Below are positions 40,525 to 55,432 of a stretch of 64,000 nucleotides of DNA, in pieces. Source of the stretch: Eledone cirrhosa (taxonomy: Eukaryota); NCBI GenBank assembly GCA_964016885.1, contig OZ024740.1, positions 232,128,001 through 232,192,000 of the forward strand. Direction: 5' to 3'. The notes under the pieces are model-generated. The model did no database searches. It was not told where the DNA came from and saw nothing but the letters and a program-made list of their open reading frames with translations. Numbering within the stretch: position 1 is the first letter of the stretch; each line of letters opens with the position of its first letter. Made by a program: the position numbers and the translations under genes.

Positions 40525-40710
40525 AGGATTTAACCAGTCTTAAACTGGTAAGACCATTGTTGATCAGAGTACTCGATGCGTTGGATAGTAGAGTGGGAAT
40601 ATTAGAAACAGTAGGGGCCCGATGGCTGAGCCCTTGCCATTTCGACAGCCAATTCCAGACTGTTGAAGCGGCAAGAGTTCTGCAGTCGGACCCCCACCTC
40701 TTTCATTCGT
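40522..40710. mobile_element. Old family B foldback copy
   Basis: Degenerate match to 19255-19442. Confidence 0.6.
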
Positions 40711-42312
40711 ATATGTTTATATATATATAATATTTTCTTCAGGAATGAATAAGAGAGAGACTAGGTCTAAATGAGTACGTAATACATATTAATCCTTTTA
40801 ATTCGTAGATAATGTATATTTGTTGCGAAAGAAATGTATTGATACACTTTTTTGAAATAACCAGAGTTTTGTTAATTTTAACGTAGCATTCAAAATATTC
40901 AACAGCTTTTATTTCTACGTGTAATGGTTTAATGTCGAACCGAATTTTATGCACAGACACACGAACGGTGAAAAATAACCGTTCAGCATTGAGATTGATC
41001 GAATATTTTTTATTGCGAAGGAAATCCTCCGGCCTGACGTAGAGATAACCCTTTACAAAATAGCTTCATGGAATTGCTTGTCACAAATGTCTGACCTGCA
41101 TGAAACATTGACATAATTATGGAGAAACATTACCTCACAAACATCAATGTAAAGTTCGAAGATCAATTTTAAAAATCTTTCTAAATTTACTACATTCGTA
41201 TTCTTAATATACGTTAATCTATATTTTGTCCTCGCTCTATCTATTTTTGAAACGGTCTCTCCGCAGTTCACCCTATTCTCATTCTATATTGTGCTATCTT
41301 TCTTGTGAAAAATCTTTCTTTATCCAATACAAATGCTTATTTCTGTATATATATTGACAGTCAGCTTTCTTGATGAGTTCCTTCGAAAGAAACAGGTTTA
41401 GTCTTGTTGAAACCTTTTCTATATTATATATATATATCTATTATATATATATATATAATATATATATATATAATATATATATATACGCGTGTGTGTGTGT
41501 GTACTTATTTTTATGTCTGTATGTGTGTATGCATTTTGCATGTGATTACATATGTGTACGTGCATATTACGTGTGTGTGTGTACATAAGATGTGTTAGTA
41601 TTATAGCGAAAACAGCCGATCCAATATAAATTGTAAATAATTAATTGAACAAGAACCGAGTGAAAGGAAAATAAAACCAAAAGAAAATACATTGATTTAC
41701 TATTTAACTTTGACACTTCAATAGAAACACAGACGTATGTCCTTGCCGATGTGTGTTATGTAAGCGCGTTTGTGACTGTATGCGTTTCAGCCAGAGTAAT
41801 TGTATGTGTGTGAATCAGTGTGAGTTGTATGAAGCTCTATGAGTGACAGCTGGTGTGTGTGTGTGTGTGTATTTTCTGTTTGTATTTGTGCGTGTCTGAA
41901 TGTGTATGAGTGTGTATGCGTGCTAGTGTCAGTGTGAATGTAGGTATATGTATGTATGTGTCATTATGTGTGCATGTGAGTCTATATGCAAATTTATATT
42001 AGTATGTGTGTGTGAGTGTGTGTGTGTGTTTGTGTATCTGTGTGTGTGTGTGTTTGTGTGTGTAGCTATATTTAAAATATATGGGGGTATGATGTAAGTC
42101 TACCCCTCTGTGAATGTCTGATATTTTGTACATGCCTATATGCAGGAGTGTATGTAAATCAAACCGTCTTTAAAGTGCTCTTATATTCGGTCTTTACATG
42201 AAAGATGCTTGGAGTCCGTTCTAATATTTATATGGTTTTTCTTACAAACATTTTGCACGCACACACTCAAACACATAATCATAAATATGTAATATGAGAC
42301 GTGTGCACATGA

Positions 42313-42366
<54 letters not shown>

Positions 42367-42406
42367 GTATATGTATGCATATACATACACCACACACACA
42401 CACACA

Positions 42407-42460
<54 letters not shown>

Positions 42461-42462
<2 letters not shown>

Positions 42463-43648
42463 ATGAGAGGTACACAAATATATGTGTATTCATACATATA
42501 CATGCATATATACAATTTTTTTTTTCACAAGTATGTGAGATTGTGTGTTATCGACCTTAATCAGTGTTGCTCTATGATTATGAGAGACAAGATAATCGGA
42601 ATAATTAAATTGGCTCGATATCAGAGCTATGCAATATATTATAAAGTAAGAAGAAATATTAGACATAAATAAATACCTATTTTTTCTTCAAATTCCCGAC
42701 TGTACAGTTTCATGGCTACTATGCAAAAATCCTACATCATAAAGATGCAATATTGTTGTGAGGTAGGCCAACTTTGCAAGGGAACCCCTCAGGGAAAGAA
42801 CAATTTCAAACAGGTCTGCATCGCGCGAGAGAATCTCGAAAAGGCGGAGGGAAACACTATCACGTGATTCAGTGGTCAAGAAATGGGATTAAATCCCTTG
42901 TAGCGGTGAAAAATATCTCAGAAAGCGGAGGGGATGTTGATACGATACCGAAGCAACAGAAAGGTGGTAAGGTTGACTGGAAGTGTATATAGTATTTGCT
43001 TGAAATAGGTATTTATTTATGCCTAATATTTCTTCTTACTTTATAATATATTACATAGCTTTGATATCGAGTCAATTTAATTATTCCGATTATCTTGTCT
43101 CTCATAGTCATAGAGCAACACTGGTTAAGGTCGACAACACACAATCTCAGATACTTATGAAAAAAATATATGTGTATATATATGCATGTGTATATATGTA
43201 TACACATATTTGTGTACCTCTCATTACTATCTCTAACTCCCTCACGGTAGAGTAACCACGGAAGTATAGTGTCTGCTTTCAAGCAAATACTATATACACT
43301 TCCAGTCAACCTTACCACCCTTCTGTAGCCTCTGTATCGTATCAATATCCCCTCCGCCTTCTGAGATATGTTTCACTGCTACAAGGGATTTAATCCAATT
43401 TCTTGACCACTGTATCACGTGATAGTGTTTCCCTCCGCCTTTTCGAGATTCTCTCGCGCGATGCAGACCTGTTTGAAATTGTTCTTTCCCTGAGGTGTTC
43501 CCTTGAAAAGTAGGCCTACCTCACAAAAATGTTACCTCCCTATAATGTAGGATGTTTGCATAGTAGCCACGAAACTGTACAGTCGGGAATTTGAAGAAAA
43601 AATAGGTATTTATTTATGTCTAATATTTCTTCTTACTTTATAATATAT
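42461..43648. mobile_element. Head-to-head, circularly permuted copies of a ~597-nt HHR unit (family K)
   Basis: Minus part 42461-43005; plus part 43003-43648 with ~49-nt terminal direct repeat 597 nt apart. Confidence 0.85.
43497..43590 (+). ncRNA. Type I hammerhead, U3-A8 variant with long stem II
   Basis: gttccc TTGAAAA gt(a)ggc(c)tac..gtagccac GAAA CTG-ta-CAG TC gggaat; the minus twin (~42693-42786) reads TTGCAAA. Confidence 0.72.
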
Positions 43649-44129
43649 ATATTACATTAATAAAGATGGTGATGTTACATAACTCGTTTATTCTTTATAA
43701 TTATTTCAACGGTTCACCCATGCAATCAAGATGTAATTCATGCATTTCCTGTTATTATGAGAACGGTGTCCTCAGACGATTTTGTGATATGCTGTCGGCA
43801 TATCATGGAATAGGGATGGAGACACCCGTGGGTATTTCTTATAGGTCCTCTAAGATAACTAATCTGTTCAAAGTATCTTAATCAATCGTAATGTTTAAAT
43901 AAACGATTCATATTTTAAATATGAATTGTATATAAGACATTTTCGAACACACCGTATTAATGGAACGTAAAACAAATCTTCCCACGAGCGACATATACGA
44001 GATTCGACAATCAGGGGAGAACTTATTTCCTCTGAATTGGTCTTACATTATGCTTGCAAAACATAATCTCTTTCCTTACACACATACACCCCCTCTCTCT
44101 CTCTGTATATATGTGTGTCTGTGTGTGTG

Positions 44130-44197
<68 letters not shown>

Positions 44198-44798
44198 GAG
44201 AAAGGGAAAATGAAAGGCATTAGTAAAGCACCAGTAATGCACTGGGTCGATTACATCGACTTTCCTCTTCACTTAAAATTACTGGCCTTGTGCCTAAATC
44301 TGAGGCAATTATAACATATAGCTACTACTATGTGTTAATAATGGAGAACGAGGAAGGGTTCTAAATTTGTACTTTTTAAATCTCTTCTCTTTGATTTAAC
44401 TGAAACAGTCTAAATATTCTGGAAATGATTTTTAATGATTAAGATACTTTGAACGGGTGTTTCCATCTTTACTCCATGAAATTTGTTTCCACATAATGTT
44501 TTTAATAATGTACATTTTGAATGGGCTTTGCAGAGATTCGCTGTCGAAGGAGTGCATCACAATTAAGCATATGGAAATTTAAAATATACATTCGATAGTA
44601 TTTTTGCTGCATATTTCTGTTGGTATATTCTTTTAATATCGTATATCTTTGATCCGTATTTGTTATTATAGTAAACGTAAACTCGGAGTTTTATATCATT
44701 ATGCAAACCTGCCAACCTCTAAAACCCAAAGGGGGAATACCATGAAACAAAGTGCCCCAAATTGGGGAGAAATGGGGTAAAATGGAGAGATTTGACAT

Positions 44799-44986
44799 AA
44801 TTGTTTCTACTTTAGGCACAAGGCCAGCAATTACCCAGTGCATTACTGGTACTTTATTTTATCGACCCCGTAAGGATGAAAGGCAAAGTCAACCTCGGCG
44901 GGATTTGAACTCAGATCGTAAAGGGACGTAACTATGCTGGAAAGCATGGCGTCCGACCCTCTACCGATACTGCCAATCCACCACCC
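44799..44986 (-). mobile_element. tRNA-derived SINE
   Basis: 15-bp TSD gagatttgacataat at 44787-44801 and 44987-45001. Confidence 0.95.
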
Positions 44987-45454
44987 GAGATTTGACATAA
45001 TGAAAGCTATACCCATGTTCATAAGAGAAGACATCTCTCACCCACGGCAAAGTGGATGGGAGATCTACGCGTCGGACGGGGAGCGTTGGCAGGTCCAGTT
45101 ATGCCTTTCAATTTCATGTTGATAGATTTTGCACAGGAATATAATGCCCTTTCCATAGATATGAATAGCGTGCAAAAAAATAAAGAAAAAAAAGAAGAAA
45201 GAAATCACTGCAATAATCGTAATCCGCACCTTTGAATATACCTCTGCATAATTTGCTTTATTAAGAAAGTTATGGGGAAACATATTCGTGTGGGTAATTA
45301 TGGACTGTATGTATACGAACTACAGTTTAGGTATATTTCATAAACAAAAAAATACGGTACGCTCTAGAGCTATAATTCTGGACTGAAGTTGATACTGATA
45401 GAAAAGTCACAATATTTCTGTCATCTTTAATTTCCAATACATTTAGTTTCGCAT

Positions 45455-45785
45455 CTTTACATTCTGATTTCGAACACCGTCAAGGTTAATTTTGACTTTC
45501 ATCCATCCAGGGTCGTTAAAATATTTATCAGAATCTGGGGTTGATCTTAATCGCCTTCCCAAAATGTGTAGCCTTGTGTCAATGTTATTATTATGGCGGT
45601 GGATTGGCAGTATCGGTACAGGGTCGCACGTCATGATTTGACGCATAGAGTTACGGCCCTTGACATTCTGAGTTCAAATCCCGCCGAGGTTAACTTTGCC
45701 TTTCATCCTTACGGGGTCGATAAAATAAAGTACCAGTAATGCACTGGGTAATTGCTGGCCTTGTGCCAAAAAGTAGAAACAATTA
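45455..45785 (+). mobile_element. Old SINE remnant (45455-45585) followed by full SINE (45595-45785)
   Basis: Family match. Confidence 0.88.
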
Positions 45786-46366
45786 TTATATTCTTGTTCT
45801 TTTTTTGCTAGAACCACGAAAGAATGTGGATGTGAGTTATTTATGGTAAAATAGAACATAAAATTATGGCGGTTTGAAGTAATGAACTCACTTTGATATG
45901 CAATTAAATCAGATTTCCTTTCACTTATTTTATTACTATCCCTGGTACAAGTATGAATACCACAATTCCCCATTTTCACTCGATTAAAATTTCAAGTAGG
46001 GTTTTAATATAAAGTACTTTTTAATATCCACTTTAATCATAGCAGTTCTACATAAATATATTTAAAATAAATTTATGGCTTTATACAATCTGTGGTATAA
46101 ATCTGGATACAGATTAATCTGGTGCCGGTTGATTACGATATAAATTAAATAAATACCCTAGTAAATTTAAGAAAACTCTATTTACTCGAATTAAATTTGC
46201 TTTATCGACTTACAGTCATGTGATATTCATGGCCAGGAACACAATTGTAAGGATTAAATAAAAACTTCAACGAATTATGTTATGTCAAAAATATTATTTC
46301 ATGTTTCTTATCCAATAGTCCGTAGTTGATTTCGTATAGCGTATACTTTGTTCTTGTTCAAATATG

Positions 46367-46399
<33 letters not shown>

Positions 46400-46405
<6 letters not shown>

Positions 46406-46900
46406 TAGTTGGTTACAGTTTATGCTTTACAACGTCCTCGTGTCTTTTAGGATCACTTTGCATACATCGATATTTAGTATCTGGCAGTGAATCTTGCAGA
46501 CAGACCATTCTTTTAGTTTGTCAATTGTCTATTCTGCTTTTATGTACTTGTGGTTTATCAGGAGCTCTTTTATTACCAAGTAGATCTCTGATAACAAAAG
46601 TGTCCCAGATATCAACCTATCTTATTTTCAGTATATTGAGGACTACATTCTCATATATGGACTGCCTTTTTTTATGATCTTCAGCTTTAGTCTGGGGGAA
46701 TGTGTATTCTATTCATAAAAACTCATGCGCACTGTTTCCCTTTAATTAGAGTCTTTTTTTACGTATCACTATTATCTATTAGTGATATTACTATTATCTA
46801 TTAGTAGTCCCAAGGAAGTGGAAAAACGTTGCATTTATGGTAGCACAACAATTGGCTCTATCTCGAAATGCTTTCAGGTGGTATTCAAGAGGATATAGAG
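46400..46900 (-). mobile_element. Possible R4/Dong-type LINE remnant
   Basis: Collinear scraps MNRIHIP..KKG, RIDN*QTKRM, PKRHEDV recall post-RT motifs of that clade; very degenerate. Confidence 0.25.
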
Positions 46901-46972
46901 ATTTCTTAAATTTAATTTAATGAGAAAGACTATAAGTCAATTGAAGATACACACACACACACACACACACAT

Positions 46973-47032
<60 letters not shown>

Positions 47033-47749
47033 ATATATATATATCGAGCTGAGGATGCTCACATAAAATTCATTGCTAGATTCTAACCCATGAGGCGGCT
47101 CAAATTATAAACGACGTCATCACACTTTTTATCTTCACTGTGATCTCTATGATAATACTTTAATTTAGACATTTCCTATTCAAGAAAGAACAAGTCAATT
47201 CCCAAACTTTAAACTAAATGTTTCTCAGCATCAGACAGCAAAGATTTACAACTAAGCCCACATAGATATCTATGATTTATAATTGGCTTGATAATGCATT
47301 CTTGACTAGCAGTATTCTTTCGTTATTTTATTTAAGTGTGTATGTAAATTTTTTAATGTCTGCTGTCTTATTTATGAAGTATTTATTAGTCTAATTATAA
47401 ACGTTACACCGTTCATCTTAGTTAAACAGAGCAAAAAAAAAAATCGAAGAAAAATAGTAGTGGGGGATATTTTAATATGTTGAATTAGAACAGCTGCAGA
47501 GTATTTCATTCCTTAATCTTGGATAATTCCCATTTCCGAGATGATGAATAATTAATCTATAGGATGAAAGTAAAAACACTGAAATCTTTCGGCAGCCGAC
47601 AGCACGGCAACAAAAATGGCTAATATATCTATTATATGTCTCAGATTCCTGCACCTATAAACCTCTCTCACTTACACAGTCATACACGCACACACATACA
47701 CCCACAGAAACACACAAACACACACACACACACGCGCACACACACACAC

Positions 47750-47823
<74 letters not shown>

Positions 47824-47841
47824 GTGTGTATACATATATAC

Positions 47842-47884
<43 letters not shown>

Positions 47885-47894
47885 TCAGAGTAAA

Positions 47895-48066
47895 CATCAC
47901 GGACGCTCTATCTCAAAATTATTTTGGAAAAGCATTAGAAATGCGCAACCGGTAAAACTTAAAACCAAAACTGAATACTAACCATTATAATTACTAATTC
48001 TCACTTATTCCTAATTAAACTATTTTTCACTGTGAACAATTTGTCAGCATTTTCTATTCCGTTTAG

Positions 48067-48068
<2 letters not shown>
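47895..48068 (+). mobile_element. Solo pLTR of the Neptune-like PLE
   Basis: Reverse-complement match to 16425-16588, including the variant HHR-like motif; between TA tracts. Confidence 0.8.
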
Positions 48069-48125
<57 letters not shown>

Positions 48126-48177
48126 AATGTGTGTACAGATTTTCACACACTCGCACACGCATACGCGCACACACACT

Positions 48178-48208
<31 letters not shown>

Positions 48209-48553
48209 TGATGATTTCAGTCATTAGTCTGCGATCATAATACTAATATTTATAGTTATTTTATAGATAGCTGTTTGTCGATCTTTTAAGTTACGGGGCA
48301 CATAGAAACACAAGAACCCTTACATACACACCTGTACAGATATGTCTCTGTCTACGTACGTATGTATATTTTCCTGTATGTGTATGTGCGTTTATTGATA
48401 TGAAATTATGGGAATAAATATCTCATAATTATAAATCATAATTTTGTTCAAAGCTATGAGCACGGACTGTTTTAGCAGATTCCTTTAACTAGAAGGCCTC
48501 CATGATATTTTATTTGACGAAGACATCAAAATACTGACCCGTTGTTTTGCCAT

Positions 48554-48932
48554 CGGTGGATTGGCAGTATCGGTAGAGGGTCGGACGCCATGCTTTCCAG
48601 CATAGTTACGTCCCTTTACGATCTGAATTCAAATCCCGCCGAGGTTGACTTTGCCTTTCATCCTTACGGGGTCGATAAAATAAAGTACCAGTAATGCACT
48701 GGATAATTGCTGGCCTTGTGCCTAAAGTAGAAACAATTATTATAGGGCGGTGGATTGCCAGTGTCGGTGGAGGGTCGGACGCCATGCTTTCCAGCATAGT
48801 TACGTCCCTTTACGATCTGAGTTCAAATCCCGCCGAGGTTGACTTTGCCTTTCATCCTTACGGGGTCGATAAAATAAAGTACCAATAATGCACTGGGTAA
48901 TTGCTGGCCTTGTACCTAAAGTAGAAACAGTT
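48554..48932 (+). mobile_element. Tandem pair of tRNA-derived SINEs (48554-48738; 48745-48932)
   Basis: Two near-identical full copies head-to-tail. Confidence 0.95.
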
Positions 48933-49190
48933 ATTGATAAACTGGTAGTTCGTGTATATAACAGCAGGGAAACAGTCCAGTTTCAAATGACATCTCAACT
49001 CCAATGTCATGCTCATCCACTTCAAAATTCAAATGTGACCCACCTATGTGTAGCGCTCATATATCTTGGACGGTGTCTTCTTGTATTTAGTTTTACGCAA
49101 GCGCCCTCCTTTCCTCATTACTAATGTGTTATTTCTCCAAATCCCCTCAACAAACTGTTCGATTTTACTTTTATTTTATTACAAGGAGTA

Positions 49191-49408
49191 GGGCGGTAGA
49201 TTGGCAGTATCGGTAGAGCACCGGACACCATGCTTCGTTCCATAGAATGACGGTCCCCTACGTTCTGAGTTCAAATCCCACCGATGTTAGCTTTGCATTT
49301 CATCCTTACGGGGTCGATAAATAAAGCATCAGTAATGCACCGGGGTCGATTTAATCGACTTTCCTCTTCCCCTAAAATTGTTGGCCTTGTGCCAATATCA
49401 GAAATCAT
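49191..49408 (+). mobile_element. Older, longer SINE subfamily copy
   Basis: Same head; contains ggggtcgatttaatcgact..cctaaaat block absent from the young subfamily. Confidence 0.85.
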
Positions 49409-49939
49409 TTTGTTACAAAGAGTATCATATATTCAGTCAGATATTCAAACTCATATATTCAATCAATTATAACAAGTCTGCTAAAGCCTTCACAATCTAC
49501 TAAAACACCTTCATCTTCCTCATAATGCATTTATATGTTTGAAGAAATATCAGTGTACAAGTCTATGTGTATCTGTGAAATTATCTGAGTGCTGCAACTT
49601 GAGAAAGTTCCCAATATCTGTATATTTAGCCCATTATTGACAGCGCAGTATGTGGGAGTGTATTTAGTTCTACCTGTGTACATACTTACATGCATGCATG
49701 TATGTATGTGTGTATCTATATATGTATGTATGTATGTATTTATATTCTTCTGGATTTATGATTTCACAAATGTTTGCCAATAGAGTGAAAGAGTTGGTTT
49801 CTAACATAGATACAAGTCTCTCTCATAGGAATTTACATAACATCAACTAGGTAGATATTTATGCATGTCTGCATGCATGCATGTGTGTGCGGGTATAGAT
49901 GTTATTGTATTATGAATGTGTATGTTTTGAGTTATATGA

Positions 49940-50205
49940 GGGCGGAAGAACTCATAAGAGTCAACGGCCATCCAAAAGTGTGTAAATATGTACCGCGCGG
50001 TTAAACCACTGGGTGTGAAGGACCCTTAGCCTTTGTCAGGGCATTCTTCTAGGAGAAGGCAACTCAAGAAACTGGGATAACTCCGATATAAAAGCTGCGG
50101 CTCAGTAGTTACTGATGATGTTGATCTTTTCTTCTTTTCGGGTTATAGCTACTGTCACTCAGAGAGTGGGATTGGCTCAGTGCACAGTCTTTCCTCACTT
50201 TAAAA
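49940..50205 (+). mobile_element. RTE-type LINE 5' region fragment
   Basis: Homologous to 35010-35205 (minus). Confidence 0.55.
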
Positions 50206-50717
50206 TATATCTTCATGCACAGGCATTGCACGAGAGAATTAATTAATAATTATTAATAATGGTATATCGTGCAATGGCCATATTCGATAACGAGGGGGCA
50301 GCCATCATGTATGTATGAATTCATGTTAAATCGGGTAACATAAGAATTCTTCCATCAAAATTAGGTACAATCTATTTCACTCAAAATGCTGGTGTCGATG
50401 AAACGTTCCAGACGTGACGTGTAGTGGGATCAAACCTGGAAGCATGGGATTAGTAAGCAAACATGTTAACCATGCAGCGTCCATGCAGCCAATTATTTGC
50501 CGTTTCTCGATCAGATATCACCATCAATGGGGGAGTAGCCCTAGTTACCACATAGGTCTTTATCTCCAAACTCCATATTCCCGTTTGGATACTATTTTTC
50601 GTATTCTATAACCATGGATATTGAACCTGAAGAAGGTTAGAAGAATTTCAACAAAAATGGTAACGATTGTTGGCACCAGTTTCTTTGTTTACAGGAAGAT
50701 AATAGAAGGTTTCTAAT

Positions 50718-50896
50718 AATTGTTTCTACTTTTGGCACAATGCCAGCAATTATCCAGTACATTACTGGTACTTTATTTATCGACCCCGTAAGGATGAAAG
50801 GCAAAGTTAACCTCGGCGGGATTTGAACTCAGAATGGCAAGGGCCGTAACTCTATGCTGAAAAGCATGGTGTCCGACCCTCTACCGATACTGCCAA
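50718..50896 (-). mobile_element. tRNA-derived SINE
   Basis: TSD tagaaggtttctaataat at 50703-50720 and 50905-50922. Confidence 0.93.
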
Positions 50897-53171
50897 GGTA
50901 TTATTAGAAGGTTTCTAATAATACCCTAAAAAAAGTTCTACTCCCAGTACAAATACAGTTACACCCCCTAAACAAACCCCATCACTAGCTCAAACGTCAT
51001 CGTGAATATGGCTGTCTTATCGGCAGAGTGAATTATGCGGACCTCAAAACTAACTATTATGATTTAATATGAAGAAGGAATGAGAGCGGGGTTGACGGAG
51101 GAGTAGAAGAAAATGAGAAAGGAATTAGTGTGTGTGTGTGTATTGGGTGGGGTGTAATCTCAAGAAGTACGGGGTGTAATCTAAAGTAGAAGATAAGTAC
51201 AAGTGAGACTTTAAATAAGTAGCAGCAACAACAATAATTACAAAATTCTGTTGTTACTACCAGCGGCGTGAAACCTTTGGATTTTTGGTAGGGATCAAAA
51301 GAATTGGGGAAACTTGTGACGATTATAGTATATCTCAAGGGTATTGCATTTAAGGTGTATGTGAATTAAAATCTTTCCAGTCGGGAATCGAAAACGGTTT
51401 GTGCCCACGGTTCGCTGAAATTAGCATCCCAATATACAGCACTAGGCACTCACAAAAATAAATAAATGAATAAATAAATAAATAAATAAAAGGGGTTTGT
51501 ATCACAGTTGTTTCATATATAGACATAAATCTCCAGCGAGATATATACAGAAAGGGAAATTTGATTGTGTCAAGATAATGTTCCCCTTCACCCCAAATAA
51601 GAGATTCATTATCATAAATAAAGTGGAGTGAATTGTTTTTATTATAAACATCTCGAAAAGATTCGTTGGGTAGGGAACAGTTAAGGAACGTTATATACCA
51701 TAACATAAATACAATAAAAACAACAACAACAAAAGAAGAAATATTAATATAGTTGTACCTATATAAGACTGCATTGCTATTCTTGCTCTAAAGCATGGAT
51801 GTGCAACATATTCCATTGGCAGGCCAAACATTGGAACAATTATTAGGGCTATTAATATTTATTAAGCACTATTCCAAAGATTCACAACTTCTTTCCATAA
51901 TATGGAACTGGGAAATTATAACACACATCACCCTATCAGTGAAATCCTTTAGTATAGGTCAACTAACAGAAAATTGTATTACGGTTACGAAAAAAATATT
52001 AAGGATAATTCCTGCTAAGAAACATAAGGAAATGCACCCCTGAAATTCGAATTCATTTCAAATTGAATTTTTCGTTCTTTTTTTGTTAGTGAAAATTATT
52101 ATTGTATGATTTCATTCCGAATTAGCTAATTGACGAAACAGGTATCTGCGTGTGTGAAATGTTAAGCTACGGTCAATTGGTTTCAGCGGGCCAAATTAAA
52201 TTATCTTTATTCTAATTTCCGGCATTGAGTTCATTTTTTGCCCCACATATATATAGATGGGAACCTTGGAGACTGATTATCTAAAATTTAATGGATATCC
52301 TATAGCACTGCACCCTCTTTAGTCGGCATAGTGCGCCGGTTGAAATCCCGAGAGGAAATAATCCCGGCGCCTTTCATTCTGAGTTCAAATGATACCGAGT
52401 ACACTTTTTCTTACATTCTTCTGAAGTCGATAAATAATATTTCAATCTAGGTCGCTGGACTGACGGTTTCGTTATAATGTAGAATAGGATGCTATGCAGT
52501 GTTTACATTTTGAGTTCAAGCCTTGTTATATCCACTTTGAGTGATTAGGTCTAATGGCTCGCCTCGTTTTGCGCGTAATAAGATTACTAATGGAATATAA
52601 AGAGGTAATTATTTTGTTTTATAACGTGTATTTTGTCATATATTTCTAATGGTAATTCACGTTTTTCAGTTTTTAATTTAATCCCTTCAGATCTGTATTT
52701 TTTCTTTATATAGGAAACACTTTCTTATCATTAAAAATAGTTCACGTTGGGAATTGCTAGTGAGTGACAAGTTATAACACGTTTTGTCAATATGAAGTTA
52801 ACGGCCAGAATGTAAAAATATTGACATGTCGTGAAAAAATCTGTAATTTTCAGTTGTGATTTGATTATTAATATGCAGTTAAGTCAAAAGAAACTATAAT
52901 GAAAGTTTTCGAAATTTCTATAGTTTATCGTTGAATTGGCCAAGGCAAGTTTCATACAAGTCCAAAGCCTACACCAGTTTTAGATACTGTTCTTGTTTAC
53001 TACTCTAAATGTATATGTATTTTGTAAATAGAACGATTAGGGAGAAAATCACATATCACTATCAATATTCTACCGTGGGTCACAGATTAAACCTGCAAAG
53101 ATTTTGTGAGTGGAATGTTGTGTGACACGACGATGCTTTGTATGTTTAAAAATATGTTAACAAATTACAGT

Positions 53172-53355
53172 AATTGTTTCCACTTTTGGCACAAGGCCAT
53201 CAATTACCCAGTACATTACTGGTACTTTATTTTATCGACGCCGTAAGGATGAAAGGCAAAGTCAACCTCGGCGGGATTTGAACTCAAACCGTAAAGGGAC
53301 GTAACTATGCTGGAAAGCATGGCGTCCGACCCTCTACCGATACTGCCAATCCACC
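53172..53355 (-). mobile_element. tRNA-derived SINE
   Basis: TSD attacagtaattg at 53164-53176 and 53356-53368. Confidence 0.95.
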
Positions 53356-53928
53356 ATTACAGTAATTGATATAAAGATAGTTACTGTTGAGATTTACTGG
53401 ATTTAAATTCAGTTGCCTTCGATTTTGTTCCATAGTTAATGTTGTTTAAAGCTTAACACATGAACGTCGTACAATATGTGGAATATTTTAATTATGCTTT
53501 GAATTTTATTCCATAATAAAGGTTATTTAATGTGAAACACTGAAACAAATATTGTTACAAGCGGAATAATATAAATAGATTATCTAGTCAAATTTGAGCT
53601 TGACAAAAATGAGTACTGTTCACATTTGTTGCCTATGTTCGGGATATATAATTAGATATGGGGATCAAACAGAAGTGTTTGAGTAAATCTTCGCCAGCCT
53701 TTGTACTGTACTAGCATACAGTCAATCCATGAAATCACTGCATGCAGCTAAAATGTTGGCAACGAATTGACAGAGACAGGGCATGGCAGAACCTACTAAA
53801 CAATCCTTGAAAGAAATGATTAATGAAGCTTCATTTCACATTTTATGGAATACTATTTAGTTCCAGAGATCAGTGTATTACAGGACTTTAGAAAAATTGA
53901 AATGGGAATTGGTGAAGGAGGGCCATTT

Positions 53929-53990
<62 letters not shown>

Positions 53991-54368
53991 TGATCCATGT
54001 ATGCTTGTTCGAGAAATGCAGACATATATGTGCACAAAATGTACTTCAATTGATGTTTGATGTGCTTGTTATGACTGCGAATTGCACACGTAATTGTATA
54101 TGTTGTATATAAGGTGGCTGTGAAATTAAGATTGTGACAGATGTAATGTTTTACGACTACCATCTATTCACACCAAACATTAAAGAAATATTCCGAACAT
54201 GCAAGAGGTGTTTTTTTATTATTCATTTGTGTAGAAATAACTATTATTTCACGTCGTAAATAAGTGAGGTGTATTTAAATACTTTTACATATACATATAT
54301 GAATACACACACAAACACACACACACACATATATGTATATATATATAGAGGGGGGGGATGTATGAACG

Positions 54369-54443
<75 letters not shown>

Positions 54444-55242
54444 ATATATATATATATATGTATGTATGTATGTATATATATATATGGGTGTGTGTGTGTG
54501 TCTGTATGTGTGTATGTGTGTGTGCGCGCGCGCATATGTGTGAGAGTGTCTGTGTAGCTAGACAACCACATTTTATACCCCTGCACCTTTTCAACAACCC
54601 TCATCCTATGCCGCCCCATTCGCTCTCCCTATTGACGTTCCAAAAATACCTGTTTAAGGAGATTCATCATAAGGAGTGGGGCACAAGAAGTCGGGGGCAT
54701 AAATATTTACGTGGGTGTGAAAGAACTCGTATTTTCACTGCTTATTCTTTTTTCTTAACATTTTATCTACTTAACTCTTGTTTTCTGGCCATACTTTTAC
54801 ACTTTATTCTAGTTATTTCCGTCATTTCTCTCTTTATTTTCGCCGTTTCTTTCATGTGTATGTAAGACAACAAGAAGTGACTGATTATTTGCGTGGGAGT
54901 GAGTTACTGTATGTATAAGTATATTTGTTTATGTGTGTCTGTGTGTGAGTGTGTGTGTGTGTGTATTTGTGTGTGTGTATGTCTGTGTGTGTGTGCGTGT
55001 TTGTGTGTGTGTATGTGTGAGTGTTTGTGTGTGAGTGTGTGTGTGTGTGTGTATTTATGAGTATGTGTGTTTGTGAGTGTATGTGTGTGTGTGTGTGTGT
55101 GCGTGTGTGTGTGCGTATGAGCGCTAGCATGTTTTCGCACTCATCTTTAGGCTCTTGGCAAGTCGAGATTACGACTAGTTTTCCTTACATTAAGCTGATC
55201 ACTTCTCCATTTGATAAACAGAAAATATATTCTTAAGCACAA

Positions 55243-55432
55243 GGGCGGTGGATTGGCAGTATCGGTAGAGGGTCGAACGCCATGCTTTGACGCAGAGAGT
55301 TACGGCCCTTGCCATTCTGAGTTCAAACCCACCGAGGTTAACTTTGCCTTTCATCCTTACGGGGTCGATAAAATAAAATACCAGTAATGTACTGAGTAAT
55401 TGCTGGCCTTGTGCCAAAAAGTAGAAACAATT
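55243..55432 (+). mobile_element. tRNA-derived SINE
   Basis: TSD tatattcttaagcac at 55226-55240 and 55432-55446. Confidence 0.95.
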
